A DNA stretch of 64,000 bases from Raillietiella orientalis. Lineage: Eukaryota. Position numbers and translations under genes: made by a program. Of this stretch, positions 27,738-40,625 are shown piece by piece. The notes beneath the pieces were generated by a model. The model searched no databases and was not told the DNA's origin. It saw only the letters and a program-made list of their open reading frames with translations. The stretch spans positions 2,046,001 through 2,110,000 of the forward strand of contig JAYWIR010000037.1 of NCBI GenBank assembly GCA_036172245.1, given 5' to 3'. The stretch's first letter is position 1. Every line of letters starts with the position of its first letter.

Positions 27738-27900
27738 ACCAGTGCTACACCCGAATCCTACAGGCCAAACAGCCTCATCCTGGGGAGGGATCTCAAAATC
27801 CACGACGCACCTCCCTATTTATCGAGTCGATCCTTCCCCGGTAGGGATTCGAACTCGCAACGGTTGGTACCATGCTCGGAGACTCGCAGCCAAGCGGCCC
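27738..27900 (-). mobile_element. SINE tRNA-like head
   Basis: Perfect B-box GTTCGAATCC on the minus strand at ~27845-27854. Confidence 0.75.
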
Positions 27901-28899
27901 CGATACGGACGAAGTGGTTTTTCGTGTGTTCCTCTTCCTGTAACAAGCAATCTGGATCCAGTGTCATGACTGGCTTTCTTCTAAATTGGATTCCTTGGAT
28001 CACCGATCGAAAGAACTTGATAATCTTCCCTGATGCTCTTTGGAACCCATTAAATCACCGAGCTCCTTTGTCTGCGACTTCTCTGTCCGAGTCCCGGTCT
28101 GATCTCCAGCACATGCTCGAGAACTCTTCTGGAAATCTTCAGCAAGGAAAGGAAGATCGAGATTCCAGGAAGAAGATGCTTAAGAGCTCTCTCACCGACT
28201 GCATCTTTTATCCAAAGGCTGTCAAAGTTCCGATTTCTCTCTTGCCTCGTGTAAATCAAGAAGGATTAAAGTGCAATGTGCAAGAAGGGAATGCGCAGGA
28301 GCTGCGTCCCCGGAACACAGTCCACATCCATCCTTGGGTTTCGAGTCTGCTAGTAGCTCGAGAGTCTGAAATGTCGACCGCTTTTCGTCCAGGAGTTGCC
28401 TCAAGGATGACGCACCAGCCACTCCCAAGAGATAAATAACTCCCCATTTTCCTTCATCCCTCTCAGAAGGGAGGATGTCCTTATCCCTACCTAGGATCCC
28501 TACCCCGAGTCCTGTACCTTCGCGTACACCATTCGAGCATTTCAAGTGCTCACCGGCAACTGCTATTTCTTTGGTCTCTTTGTACCGGTGGTGCTCCAAG
28601 CCGGCCACAGCTATCCACGGAACTGCATGATGATGGCAAAGGTACCAAGCGATCTGTGTTTCGTTCTCCCTTTGCTCAAACTTTCTTGTTCGTTTGGCTG
28701 GGGCAAAGATACGGGACAACGGCGGCTGCTCAGTGCTCATTTTCGTGCTCACGTGATTGACCACCGCCTCCGTACCTCCCGAAACGGCGCGCTTGTCCAG
28801 TTCTCCAGGCAACGTCAGAAGCATCTCCACCCGCACTCCCCGGCTGGAGGTAGTGGCGCGAATGTTGAAGCGCGGGACAAGTGAAGCTCCGGCGGCGAT

Positions 28900-31200
28900 G
28901 CGTTCGAGGGTGTTCACGACCGGTATGACCTTGCTCGAGACGCGCGTGTCCAGATACACTCACTTCAGAGAACTTTGCAGATGCAGGTCGCGTAACCCAC
29001 ATCTTCCTCTTCCGCTTCATCCTTCCGCCTCCTTTGTTGATGCTTCTCTGAGCTTTTCCTGCCTTCTTTGAGGACGTACCACTATCTCACTTGAAGGCTT
29101 ATCTCATGTTTCTGTGCAGTGTATGCTTTCCATGTACGTGCACTCACTGGGTGTCGCACGCAAGATACAGAACCTCGAATCCCCTTTCCTCTCAACTCTT
29201 TATTTCTATGGCCATCATTCCTTGTTACTCTCTGGACTGGGTCCAATGGCCCAGTTTCCAAACCGCCAGTCTGAAGAGCTTCCGATTCAAAAAAGGCACT
29301 CATCCCCACATTGATGATGGGCATTTTATTCGTCTTTTTCTTTCTTTCTTTCTTTCTTTTTTGTTTTCAAGTTCGTCTTCCCCGAAACAGTGCGTTTGGG
29401 GAACATTTCCGTGACGATTAAAACTGGCGAGCAAACCCCCTCGGATTTCACTACCCATCGCAGATCTTTACCATAGAATCTCCTCGAAGCAGAATTCATT
29501 TTCTTATCCAGTTCTTTTATGAGCGGCAACAAGCAGGAAGGAAAAAGGACAAGTGTCTTAGCGAATATAGTGGAACCCACTTCTTTAGGGACGAATTTTT
29601 AGAGAATCCACTACTTCTGTGATCCTTGAGGATGAACTGTTTCTTGGGAGAGCTAACCACTCAGTACTGGGAAGTTTTGAGGAGGAGTTAGCAGTAGAGC
29701 ACACTGAAACCTTACAGCGAATGTGAAGCTTCCAGGAAGGTGGTACGTTTCTTACTCGTCTCGCTTATCCTGAATTTCATCCAACAGTCGACCGTTAGCC
29801 CAGCCCAAGCTACATCTCTGAAATCTGATCTGGGAACTCTACAAAGAGCAAAAACTGACGAATCAAGTTGTAGTGTACCACCATCGAATTCCAGCCAAGC
29901 GGTGATTTTCGTTTTCCCACGCAAGGGTCTAGGTGTGGCTTGTCTCTCCACGGGTTCTTATAAAAGAGCAGTTCCCCAGATTTGTTTCTCAAGAAGAAAA
30001 GATTTTCCTTTCCAAAGAGTATCTTTCCTCATGAAAGAAGAAAAATAGCAAGGCGGTTTCGTTCCCTGAGGACTTTCCTTGCCAAAGCATTTCCAAGTAA
30101 CTGTGATCAGGAAGACGAGTTGGCGGATGCTACTGTCACCCATCAGAACGGTTATCCTTGACTTCTGTTATTGTATGGTCTTCCGCAGATTCGATCCATC
30201 CAGCTTCTGGTTAAGTGAAACACTTGGAGTCGAGCTCTGCTGATCACTGCACCGGCAACTGTTTTAACTGAGCACACTGAGGATCACGCCAATGACTATT
30301 TGCTAACGAGGCGTCGAGAAAAGAGAATGCACTGGGTCTTTTGGGGTTCCCATCAGTTGCACAGAGCACGTTTCTGATAAGATTTTTCCCTGTCCTGCTG
30401 CTTCATCTAGGGGATTCTAAGAGATAAGAGTTTATCACTCCCTATCCTTGCTCGGTTTCAGCTTATGTGCCAAACATTCCCTACTCCCTAATGCTACGAA
30501 TAACTTCCTTGGCTTTGCTGTTTCCTCACGTCTCTTGCCTTGAGATTTCACGTCCATTCGTGTAATCAACCATTAAAGGACTTGTTGGCCGAATTCTCAC
30601 CCCTCTGGAAGTGTTTTGAAACTCACCTTCTTTAAGAAACTTCCTATGCCCCATCTATTACCATAACAGCAAGGTAGCCTTCAGGGACTTGGATCGACTG
30701 AACCATGGCCAGAGACTGCTTCCCTGGAACCTTTCCTCACGTCGGGCTTTCAGGATCTCACTGAAGTGTTTGCTGCTACTACTGAGATCTACACCGATGG
30801 CGGCTCCAGGAGAGCTCGCACCCAAACTCTTCTACCCACACTGTCGCGAATCTCCTTCTGCGTCCGAGGCGACTGAAAGTCGGAAGGTGAGGATGGCTCT
30901 GTCTCGGAGGTTGGGTGTTGGTTCAATGCTTAAGTGCCATCCACCCATAAGACCGGTTCCTTGCGTAGGCGATCCGTTTCCGACACTCTTGAGAGCATTT
31001 TGACTTCCATTTTTGCCCGTGTCCTGCTGTCCTTAACAACCGACTGCGCCTCTCTCGTGGGATCCGATAAGCCCTGAATCGGGCCGTCCGTAATCCAACG
31101 CTTGGTTCTTCCCACGGCTCTAGTTCTGCTTGCCAAAAATGCACCCACTTGTGACACCTATGTATCCGATGGTGCTTCCGAGTTGCCAATCATTTATCTA
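28900..31200 (-). mobile_element. Highly degenerate LTR retrotransposon pol remnant (Gypsy-like)
   Basis: FLDAS (30.32 kb), PDH (30.1 kb), GKDLRWVVKSEGVC integrase zinc-finger-like (29.45 kb). Confidence 0.35.
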
Positions 31201-31289
31201 AAGTTGAGAACAGGTCCAGGTCACCTTAGCACCAAAGGCTTTCGAATTATTTGTTTCACCGGATGCGACTCCGTCCTTCTTCCTCCTCA

Positions 31290-32230
31290 TTGAGCGCCGG
31301 TTACCCTAAGATGCCTGGTTGCCACACCCCTTCCCGCAGCGCTAGTTGCCCTAGCAATCACAGCTGCTAACCTGCAGAATGGAAGTTCCACGGCCCCTTT
31401 GCAGGAGTTACGAAACTCCTGGATGGCTGGGCAACGAGCGAGTTGGCAGAAGCTGCCGCTACTCCTCTTTGTCAGGCGAAAATACCTCTTTGGCGGCAGC
31501 AACCACCCAGTTTAGCCCCCGAACAGCTTGTGGTCTTTCCTCTGTGTGCGAACACTTCGGTGTTTCTCGCACGCTGGAAACAGGATCCGCTGCTCTTTTC
31601 GCACTGGAGTTTCCGGTGCAATCCAGCGCCGGCACCTCGTTTCCGGGGGAGCCGCATCCCCCCCGAACTGTTCCAGGTGAGACGATTGAGTCGTTCCCGC
31701 ACCTGCCTTTGGACTGCGGTGCCCTCGGCGAACTGTGACGGAGGCTGCCTTCAGAAGCTCCAAGCGACACCTCCAAGGATTCGCTGCCGCGATCCTTCGC
31801 GCACGACGGATTCTCGGCGGGAGCCGAGATTGAGGCGGCCTGTGTTGCATCCAGGCCATCTTCGCAGCCTGCCACGTGCTGGAGTCTTGGGCAAAGCGAA
31901 CGGAGGTCACCTGCACGGCAGCCACCTTCACCTGGAAGGCTGCCAGGTGGCCTCACTCGCAGCAGGAGGAAATCAAGTCGGAGATCGCGGCATTCTGAGC
32001 CGGCGCTGAGCCAGAAGGGGCATTTCACAATAAGAACCCCTGTCCTCTTCCTCCCTCAATTGATTTATTATCCCCTTCCATCCCACACTGCCTTGATGAC
32101 CAGTCTACGCATCGGTGGACTCTCTCCTTGAACTTCCTTTTTTTTTTTTGGATTTTGTTTCGAGAACTGCGTTCCCAACTTGTTTGTTCATTTATTTATT
32201 GATTTTTCCGTAAATAAACTCCTTCGTGTC
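31290..32230 (+). mobile_element. Degenerate 3' part of a related Tx1/L1-like LINE
   Basis: ESFPHLPLDCGALGEL*RRL matches LLFDCGALQGLWRRL of the 8.9 kb insert; T-rich UTR and AATAAA near 32213. Confidence 0.6.
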
Positions 32231-33467
32231 TCTCAGTTAAAAGTGATCCTAAGATGGGAATAGTGACAGTGATGGTGATCATGCTTTTCCTGCGGAAGAT
32301 GATGAGGGGAAGGATGTTTGGAGGAAAGGAATGCTGGGAAGGAACCAGCGACCAAATGGTTCCATTCTCCTTCTCCCCCTATCTCCAGCTCTTACGACTG
32401 GTTTCCAGGTTAGGATGCTCGTTCGTCCCCAAAGGATCTTCCTCTTGCCACATCCTGGCCAGACATTGTGCACAATCTCAAGGGCGAGTAAGGCTCAGAA
32501 ACGACCTCCAGCCCGAAACTGGTGCACATAAGAGGATTGCAAGCGTCAACGGCATGGTCCTCGCTCTAACTCTAAAATGCTAAATGCTAGGTTTCATGCC
32601 TCCGGGGAAGTCTTAAAAAGACATTCAGAGGAAGAAAAGCTAGACGCATTCGAATCCTCCTAGCTTTCGGTTCTAAACCTCTCTTTCAACGTGGTCCTCT
32701 TGGAAACGCAATTTCAGCGAGCGAGCCCCGCAAATCGGAAAGGCGATCTCCAAGTGAACGAAAAAAGTCTGCCAGTGGACACGAAGGTCAGCTTTCTGGT
32801 CTGGACCTTCATCCTGAACGAGGCTGAAAGAACCAGTTTTTCAGATTTGCGGAGCTTTTTCATTTTTGTTACGAGGAAGATGTGGCGCTAATAAAGAGTG
32901 ACCTTCGATTCCAGTTTGTTTGCATTACCATTTCCAAAGATGTCAGGCACTCCTGGATTCGCGGATTAATTCCTCCTGTCAGCTCGCTCGTTGCGTGTCT
33001 TCGCAGGATGTTTCCTCCAGTGTCTCGTCAATAAAGTCAGTCCATATTGATTTTCACTTATTCATTTGTTTTACAAGCTCTGGCTGTCTGGTTTGACTTT
33101 AGAGAAAATACCACCCTCTTGGCATTGAAGACTTGAAAATACTTCGTTATCTTTCTTTCCTTGAAACTCAAAGAAGCTTTTAATTAAAAATGTCCAAAGT
33201 AATAAAGCTGTCCAATTAAGGTGAAGCAGACGTTAGCCATAAGGGAAGGCTGTAATGAGTGCTGGCAATGTTTGTGCATCTTTGTAATTGCGGAAGACAA
33301 GAAGTGTGCGAAGCAAGAACAGAAATACAAGTAAAGGCACGAAGAAATGTTTCTTTAAGGGAAATCTTAATTTTCCTTAAAGAAGCATTGTGCGATGAAT
33401 ATGGGAGTCGACTGGTAACCAGGGAATCTCACCTATTAACGAAGCACTAATTTTCAGAGTAAATTTA

Positions 33468-34302
33468 CGAGGCTCATCTCAAAAGTAAGGGCCGATCGGA
33501 TATAAAGAAAGAACAAATAAGAGAAACAAAAACGCATTGGTGGTTCTAAACACATCCGTCCATCCCCATGTCATTTTTCTGCGTGGTCACCATTCCTTTC
33601 CAAACACCTTTGACACCGTGGAAAAAGCCTTTTTGAAACCCTTTGAGTAAAATTCCGCCGCCTGGGTGTCAGGTCGGTTCAGAACTGCAACACTTTCAAC
33701 TCCTCATCACTTTCCTCGAATCGTTGAGCCACTCCTGAAGATGCGAGAAGGAAGAAGTCACTGGGCGGAGCTGTAAAAAGGGTGATCAAAAAGTTCCCAT
33801 TCGAATTCCTGAATTGTCTGGAAAGTGCGGACAGCAGTGTGTGGGACCAGAAGGGTGCGCTTTTGGTGGACTTTATGGAACAACCGTCACTTTGCAAGTC
33901 TGCTGTGAAGCACTTTCCAAACTGCGGCGGGCCATTCAGAACCGACGAATGGAATGCTGAGATCAGGAATGGTTGTTCTCCTCCACGACAACGTGCTCCT
34001 TGGCAACAACACATGCTGTCCTGCACCTCCAGAAGTGGCTTGCATCTCAAAGATTAGAAAAAAGTGAGGGAGTGGAGAGATGCAGCGCTGGACCGGTTGA
34101 AATTCCAGGCGGCGGAATCTCACGCAGAGGGTTTCAAAAAGGCTTTTTCCACGGTGTCAGAGGTGTTTGGAAAGGAATGGTGACTACGCAGAAAAATGAC
34201 ATGGGGATGGACGGATGTGTTTAGAACCACCAATGAGTTTTTGTTTCTCTTATTTGTTCTTTCTTTATGTCCGATCGGCTCTTACTTTGGAGATGAGCGT
34301 CG
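33468..34302. mobile_element. Foldback mariner-derived MITE copy 3, opposite orientation to copy 1
   Basis: TA on both sides (33466-67, 34303-04), long inverted arms, WDQKGALLVDFME motif, same central junction as copy 1. Confidence 0.92.
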
Positions 34303-35449
34303 TATCGTGCTCTCTCGTGATATTCGTTGCCCACGCTGTTTTTCCGCCAACCGGACGCACTTCTTTGAAATTCAGTTCACGGATGTGCCTTTCCATCTGC
34401 TGCTTTCTTTCTTAGATGTTCGAAAAGGCGGGGGGGTGGAAGGGGACTGTTAAAAAAAAAAAAAATTCAAAAGTGATGCGACGGCAACTCCGTCTGTTGC
34501 ACTGAATAGATGGAAAGTGATTCTGAGCAGGTCATTCAAGAAATTACCTGGACGGAATGAAATACATCTCCTTTTTGAAACATGCTAAAGCAGTTCAGTG
34601 GTTGCGGTCGCCTCCTTTTTCCTCCGAAAATCCGACTCTCCGTTTCTGACTGCAGGTATGTCAAGGTTTTGATGGTGTCTCCTCCCCGAATTTTCGCAAC
34701 GTTCAGATAGACAGGAAAAGTGCTTCCTCTTGGCCTGCAGAAATGAACTGCTTCTAAAACTTGACCGACGAGTTCACAGAGTCCCGTTTCCCTTATTTGC
34801 TTTTCGATTAAATTTCGACCCTCCAGATCTCAAGTTACTTACTATTCCTATTTCTTGTACAGAGTTCATCATGCCATCCTGAAGAAGAGCATGCTTCTTT
34901 GAGACAGCTGTTGGTGACTCCCTCGTTCGCTTCTCATGGAGAATCAGCTGGAAAAAGCGAGATCAAAGGAACGGTGAAGAATGCGCAACCCCAAAGTCCG
35001 AATTCCTCGACTCTGTTCTCGAGTTGGCCAACCACTCCGCCTGCGATCTCCAAAACAAAGCACGCGCTCAAGAAACAGTACAAGAGCTTCAGAAGGCAGC
35101 CGCCCAGCCAAAGTCTTGAGAGGAAATTAGCTTTGTGCTTGTTCTTCAGTTTAAGAGCACAGATTTGGGGAACGTGAATGTCGGCGGGCATCCCAGATGC
35201 CATTCTTCCCGGCAACATTTTCCACTGAATGAGAGGCGCATGAATCGTGATTGACAAAAGAAGAATTCAACGGGGATCTCTCAATACATCGGATGACTGA
35301 AAATCATGTAGGTTAATCTGGGTCGAATAGAATTAAAAAGAAAAAAAAATGATGGAATGAAGGTAGGAACTCGCTCCCGATATGAAAGTCCCAAACAGGC
35401 ATTCGTCTTCATATGAAATTTTTAATGTTTATGAGTGAAGGAGACTGTC

Positions 35450-38200
35450 AGAGGCCATCCGTCTGCTTCACGATATTTAAATCGAAACCCACTTTACTTC
35501 GTAATGATGGAACGAACCCCTCCCGGCAGCGTCTGCGATGCAGATATGGAAAAGCTTCCTCCTGAATAAATAGGAATGGGTAATTCCTGAGATATTGAAA
35601 TTCTCGAATAAGGTCCAGAAGGTGTTTCCTGCTCCTCGATCCAGCATGCCGAACAAAGTCTTCGCAACTGTGTGGAAGCACGGCTCGAGCATCATCAAAA
35701 CACACTATGGGAAAGATCGAAAATGAGATTCCTCTAGATGGATGGAAGGTGTACACATATGCAATCCTCATGTATATATGATACTTGAAGCTGCGTACAG
35801 TGAACCCTCAGCATTTAACCTCCGATGCGTTTCCGATTCCATTCGTCTTTTGAGACAGTAGTCGTTTTCTTGCATCAGTAATCTTATGTCTAGACAGGGT
35901 TGGGCTGCAAATTCATTTGAGAATGGTGAGATGAATTTGGATATCACCAAACACAAACAAACCCACTCTTCGCTTGTGGGTTGCATGAGTTGTGGCAGAG
36001 GAAGTACCGAAAGGCGTATCTAAGCAAGAGAGTGGACTCTGAGTGAGTGCGTTCTTGATATGGATAATTGTCTAAATTATGAGTGTGAGACTATTAGTAA
36101 CAAGCTGACTTACTGGTGATAAAGCATAGTACTCAAAAAGAGGTGATGTGACACTATGGTGCCTTCTGCTTAAATCGGAATGCGCATTGAATGTGCTCAG
36201 ACTTTTGGTGAGCTAAGATTGGTGTTACTGTCTGTATCATGATAAAAATCAAGTCTTGGTGGCGATATGCTGACAACCTGAAATGTTCCTTGTTTTCAGC
36301 CATTGGGAAAACGTGGATTCTCTTCTAGTAAATACCTGGTAACTGAAGGAAATTCGCAAATGGATTTTAACACCAAGTTCATTCTCTGGTTATTGTTTGT
36401 GTGTAATTTGATTGATGGGAAGCTCTATGAATTGATGCTTTAATTAATGAAAACTGGGAATTGGAAATTCAAGTGGAAATCATTGTGGGAGCAGTACGGC
36501 GGAACGAATGTAACAGAAGTTTAGCTGGAGTGTTTCTTCAAGCCATCTTCTTATCATTATTAGAAGATAGGGTCTTCTGAGGGACTGCTAAGCAGTATTT
36601 TGACTGGATTGTAATGATAAGCTATGTAATTAGTAGCATGGATGAACGGTTGTATAGGGTGGGTACCATCGTCTTGTACTGCGAGGAGTCGGGAGTGCAT
36701 TCAGCGAACGAGAGGGCTCTTTAGAACTGCGTGCCCCCCCCTGAAGGGAGGAACAGAAATGATGGAAGATATTCTGATGCGGATGATGAAGAATGAATCT
36801 CTACAGGTTGTTACTTGCGAAGGCAGCAGTACGACCTTGAAACGAACGAGGGGGGGGGGGAACTTACCTAAGGAATATGATGGTGGTTGCTGTGGAGAGC
36901 TCGTTAAGATTGGTGGATTAAAAGGAAATTTTGTGGCCACGAACTAGAACCAGGTATTCGCAAGGAGTGCAAGATTTGCAGTAACGAAAGTCCATTATAC
37001 TGACCATTTTGATGATTGGAAAGCAGATCGTTGTGAGCCAAATTCACCTTTACCTTCAGATAATAATAAAGAAATTGTGGGCAAGAAAAGATGGGAAATT
37101 CGATGTTCCTTATTGGATAAAGATTTTAAAATGTGTTGACAATTATATAGGGATTATTCGAGATAAGTCTGGTATTTCTTGACAAAAGTCGGGGGCAGAT
37201 CGGCAACGTTATTCCAATGGAAGCTTTCGAGTAATGTATTTTAAAATTGTTGGGTATTATGAGTTACTGTATAGTAATAAAGCTGGAGCAGGTTGGTCTC
37301 TGTGATTACGGTGAAAGTAGCAGTAGGGATATGGGTGGTGAATGAAAGCACAGGCAGTGGGTTTATGGGTGGATGTTGCTCTATTTGATATGTGAGTGGC
37401 AGGATGGAGGGGATGAGCAAGAAATTAGAAGTGCCTAGGTATATTATTGGAGTGCTCTCCATAGCTCAGATGAATTTCGTATGATGTGGGCATTATTATT
37501 ATTTTGATGACGGTGGTGGTTTGTGCTGGGAATCATGGATCGGGTGTGAAGATGAAGCTGGAGAGCTGACCGATGCGTTACGAGGCGAAAAGAATAACGA
37601 TGGGAAACGTGGCGTGTTTGGCAGAAGTCAACCCCTTTATGCTCTGGCCTTTTTCGGTTAGTAAGGCTAAGTTGTTCTCACAGTGGTAATTGGCAGTATG
37701 GGGGATGGAACATCAACTCTCTTACTGTTATTGGAACTCGGAGATGGCTCTTTGTGGCGAGTGAATTGATGGGACTCACGAGTTCGTTTGCTGCGTGTGT
37801 AATTTGGTGATGACGGGATTTGTGACTTGGGATGATGGTTCCTTGATTTCGTTATGGTAAACCGATATATTTCTGATGGAGAACTTCGTTGTTGCTTTGT
37901 AGGTTTCATTATGTGCTTCGAGGCACTTCACACGATGTTCCATTGCGCATACAGATAAAAGGGGTCGACATAATATTAAATTTCGATTCACGAAATTCGT
38001 GTGTTGTATAAATTGTTTGCAGCTTCCCACGATCATTACAGGATTATTACGTTGCTGGCCAAATTTCAGGAATTCAGCTAGCCTGATGGAACAGGAACGG
38101 GTGTGTCTCGTGGTCAGATTGGAGAGCAGATTGTGAAGCATTATTAAGGAAACACCGAATGAGATAAATCTATCGGAATGCAAGAAGAATGGTCATTTCA
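35450..38200 (-). mobile_element. Old degenerate APE-type LINE (ORF1, endonuclease, RT N-terminus)
   Basis: In order on the minus strand: Cys/His-rich ORF1 remnant, VITET (APE), PVSQL (RPISLL-like), AKTLFGMLD...NISG..SYLFRRK (RT); A/C-rich sense strand. Confidence 0.55.
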
Positions 38201-40372
38201 GAATTCCTGAATCAGGCATTGAAGAAATCATTTCTGCAGCTTCAAGACGGAAGTGTGCAAAGTGCTTGGAACATCAGCAAGACTTCAAGCAGAGGAACAC
38301 AGCTTTAACGAAGAGCTTTACCGTGCACTGACGATGGGAGAACACATATAAAAAAGGTAAACGTTCTTTTTAGTTGCGCATCGCATTCTTGTACAATCAA
38401 AAATATATTAATTGTTTTTTTTAAAAAAAAAAAAAAAAAAAAAAGTTTGCATAAGACGGCGTACGGATTTTTTGTCTCCAAGGAAAAAGAGCTCAGTTCA
38501 AAAATGGATGGGAGAAGAAATTCAGTTCCAATTTAGGTGAGATACCCTTCCGCAGCGGAAGTGAAGTGCTAGCTAATACATAACTCATCAGATTAATCTT
38601 CTCATTTATTTTCATGAGGGAATTTTTGCTCTGGTCCGGAGCAGAGACCAACTGAGATAGACCAGAAGAAGCATACGTAAACTGCAAGCCATGCGTGAAG
38701 CTCAGGCAATGTGTTGGAGATAGATAGCGGAGAGAGCACTTCATTGAGAAGCGACTTCGGTGTGGATCCTCGTGACTCCAAGAATTCTGGATTTTGCTTC
38801 TCGAAAACTCAGCAAGCCAAGGGAATTTCAGACTGCGTGCTTCTGGAGGCAGCCTACTCGACAGCCCCCAAATTCAGTGTCTATGAGCGGAGAGCACCAG
38901 GAATTTGTAGAGAAATTTGCTTCTTGGATCGAATAAAAGAGAGTCACAGAAAATGATGAGGACGAGAATCGATCAGAGGACCAGTTGGAAAACTGGAATG
39001 AACGTTGTAATTAGCATAAATGCAATTACATTTTCCTGTAGCACGGAAAGGAATAGCGCTAGTAGAGGATGACAACCGAATCCAGATTCGAATGAAGATC
39101 GGCTGGTAATGTAAATGAAGACGGAAGGAAAAGGCTGAGCAAAGACTTTTCATGCGTCATCCCGATGAAAGGAGGGTACAAAGGAAACGTAAGCTCTGAA
39201 TAGGATTTGAAAAAGAATGAAAGAAATAATGAAATTGGACCTTTAGGTAAGGTAAAACTCGGAAAACAGCGAGAGGTTTCGGAGATGCTTTCCCCGGATT
39301 TCCGCAAGTTGGAGCGAAGGGTATTTGTATAGCAACTGGAAAAAAAATGCCGCTTCCGGCGAAAGTTTCAGGAATTCATTTTCGCTCCTTCAGAATCTTT
39401 GAGCACTTTGATTTGGAAAGAAAAAAACGAAAGCAGGGACGTGGAGCTGCTGTCCCTACTTTCGTTTTTTGCTGTCGGTCTTGAAGCCTATCTGCGCAGA
39501 TCTTGTTTTCTCTTCCTTAGAAGCACGTGTTGGTAAATCGGTACAGATGGAAACTTTTCACCCCAAGTTCTTCGGAAGCTTCAAAGACTTTCAATGTTTC
39601 CAGGGATTTCTCGAAATGATGCGCATCTTGAGTGACGAGCAGCAAATGGACCAGACCGATGAAGAAGGGAAGAAATACGGTAACGATTCTTATCGGTCCC
39701 CTTTACGAGGTGAAGTCATAGATGACGGCCGGTTTTGCAAAAAATCACTCAACCAGCATTCTCGAGATAGCTTTCTTCTAAATAGTCAACTTTAAAATAC
39801 ATGCTTTCATGTTTTGTGAGGTCAAATGATTGTCATTTTGGGGGGATAATCTTCATAAGATTGACTTGCCATACGTCCAAATAAAGCTCCACAAACTCCG
39901 GAGACCTAACCGTTACCCTGGGAAAAGCTCTGATAGAAGCGTTGCAAGTATGTTTTCTGGAGCGGCTAATGACTGTCTTTCTCATTTGCGCGGCACAATT
40001 CTTGACCCGAGTGAGTTCATACGGAAGTCATTTGTGCAAATGAAACACGAATTTGTTATCACTGGTGGAAATCCTTGGTATCTGAGTTGGCTTTCTTTTT
40101 TGTGCCCGCATTGCTAGAACAGTGCTTTTCATGTCAGTTGTTTCAATGCCCAGGTAACAAATAGAAACAAGCAGAACCAAGCAAGCAAAGATCATTTCAG
40201 GAAGCACCAGAATTGTGCCTCTCCAGGATGCTATCGCATGCAGCAGTCCCTTTGGACGCTATTGCATGCTGAGGAGAACACCACGAGTGGTGTTTCGCTC
40301 CCGTTCGGTAATGAATATAATCCGAAGAATCTGTTGAGATGTTTCACGTTTGCGTCCTTGCCATTGAACTCT

Positions 40373-40432
40373 GATCTCCGATAGCTGAATGAGCACATGA
40401 GCGCTCATGCGCTCATTCAGCTATCGAAGATC
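40373..40432. repeat. 60-bp spacerless palindrome with 2 mismatches
   Basis: GATCTCCGATAGCTGAATGAGCACATGAGC|GCTCATGCGCTCATTCAGCTATCGAAGATC. Confidence 0.95.
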
Positions 40433-40479
40433 TACTTGCTCTTTCATGAGCGCACATTGCAATTAATTGACCTCTTCCT

Positions 40480-40625
40480 GGAGTATCTCCCATCTTGAAG
40501 AGTTAACACGCACCACAGGGTGGCGTGGAACAGTGGTAAAGAGCTTCGTGAGCCCCTAGGCGAGCGGTTCTTCAGTACTTAGCCAAACGAAAAAGAGAAA
40601 CCCGAAAAAAGAAAAAAAAAAAAGC
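40480..40625 (+). mobile_element. SINE 3' tail fragment
   Basis: CTTGAAGAGTTAACACGCACC...AGTACTTAGC plus A-rich run match the tails at 25.1 and 48.7 kb. Confidence 0.6.

Noticed and set aside
27840..27900. Functional tRNA gene
   Set aside because: B-box present but no full cloverleaf or terminator; continues into a dispersed repeat, so treated as a SINE head
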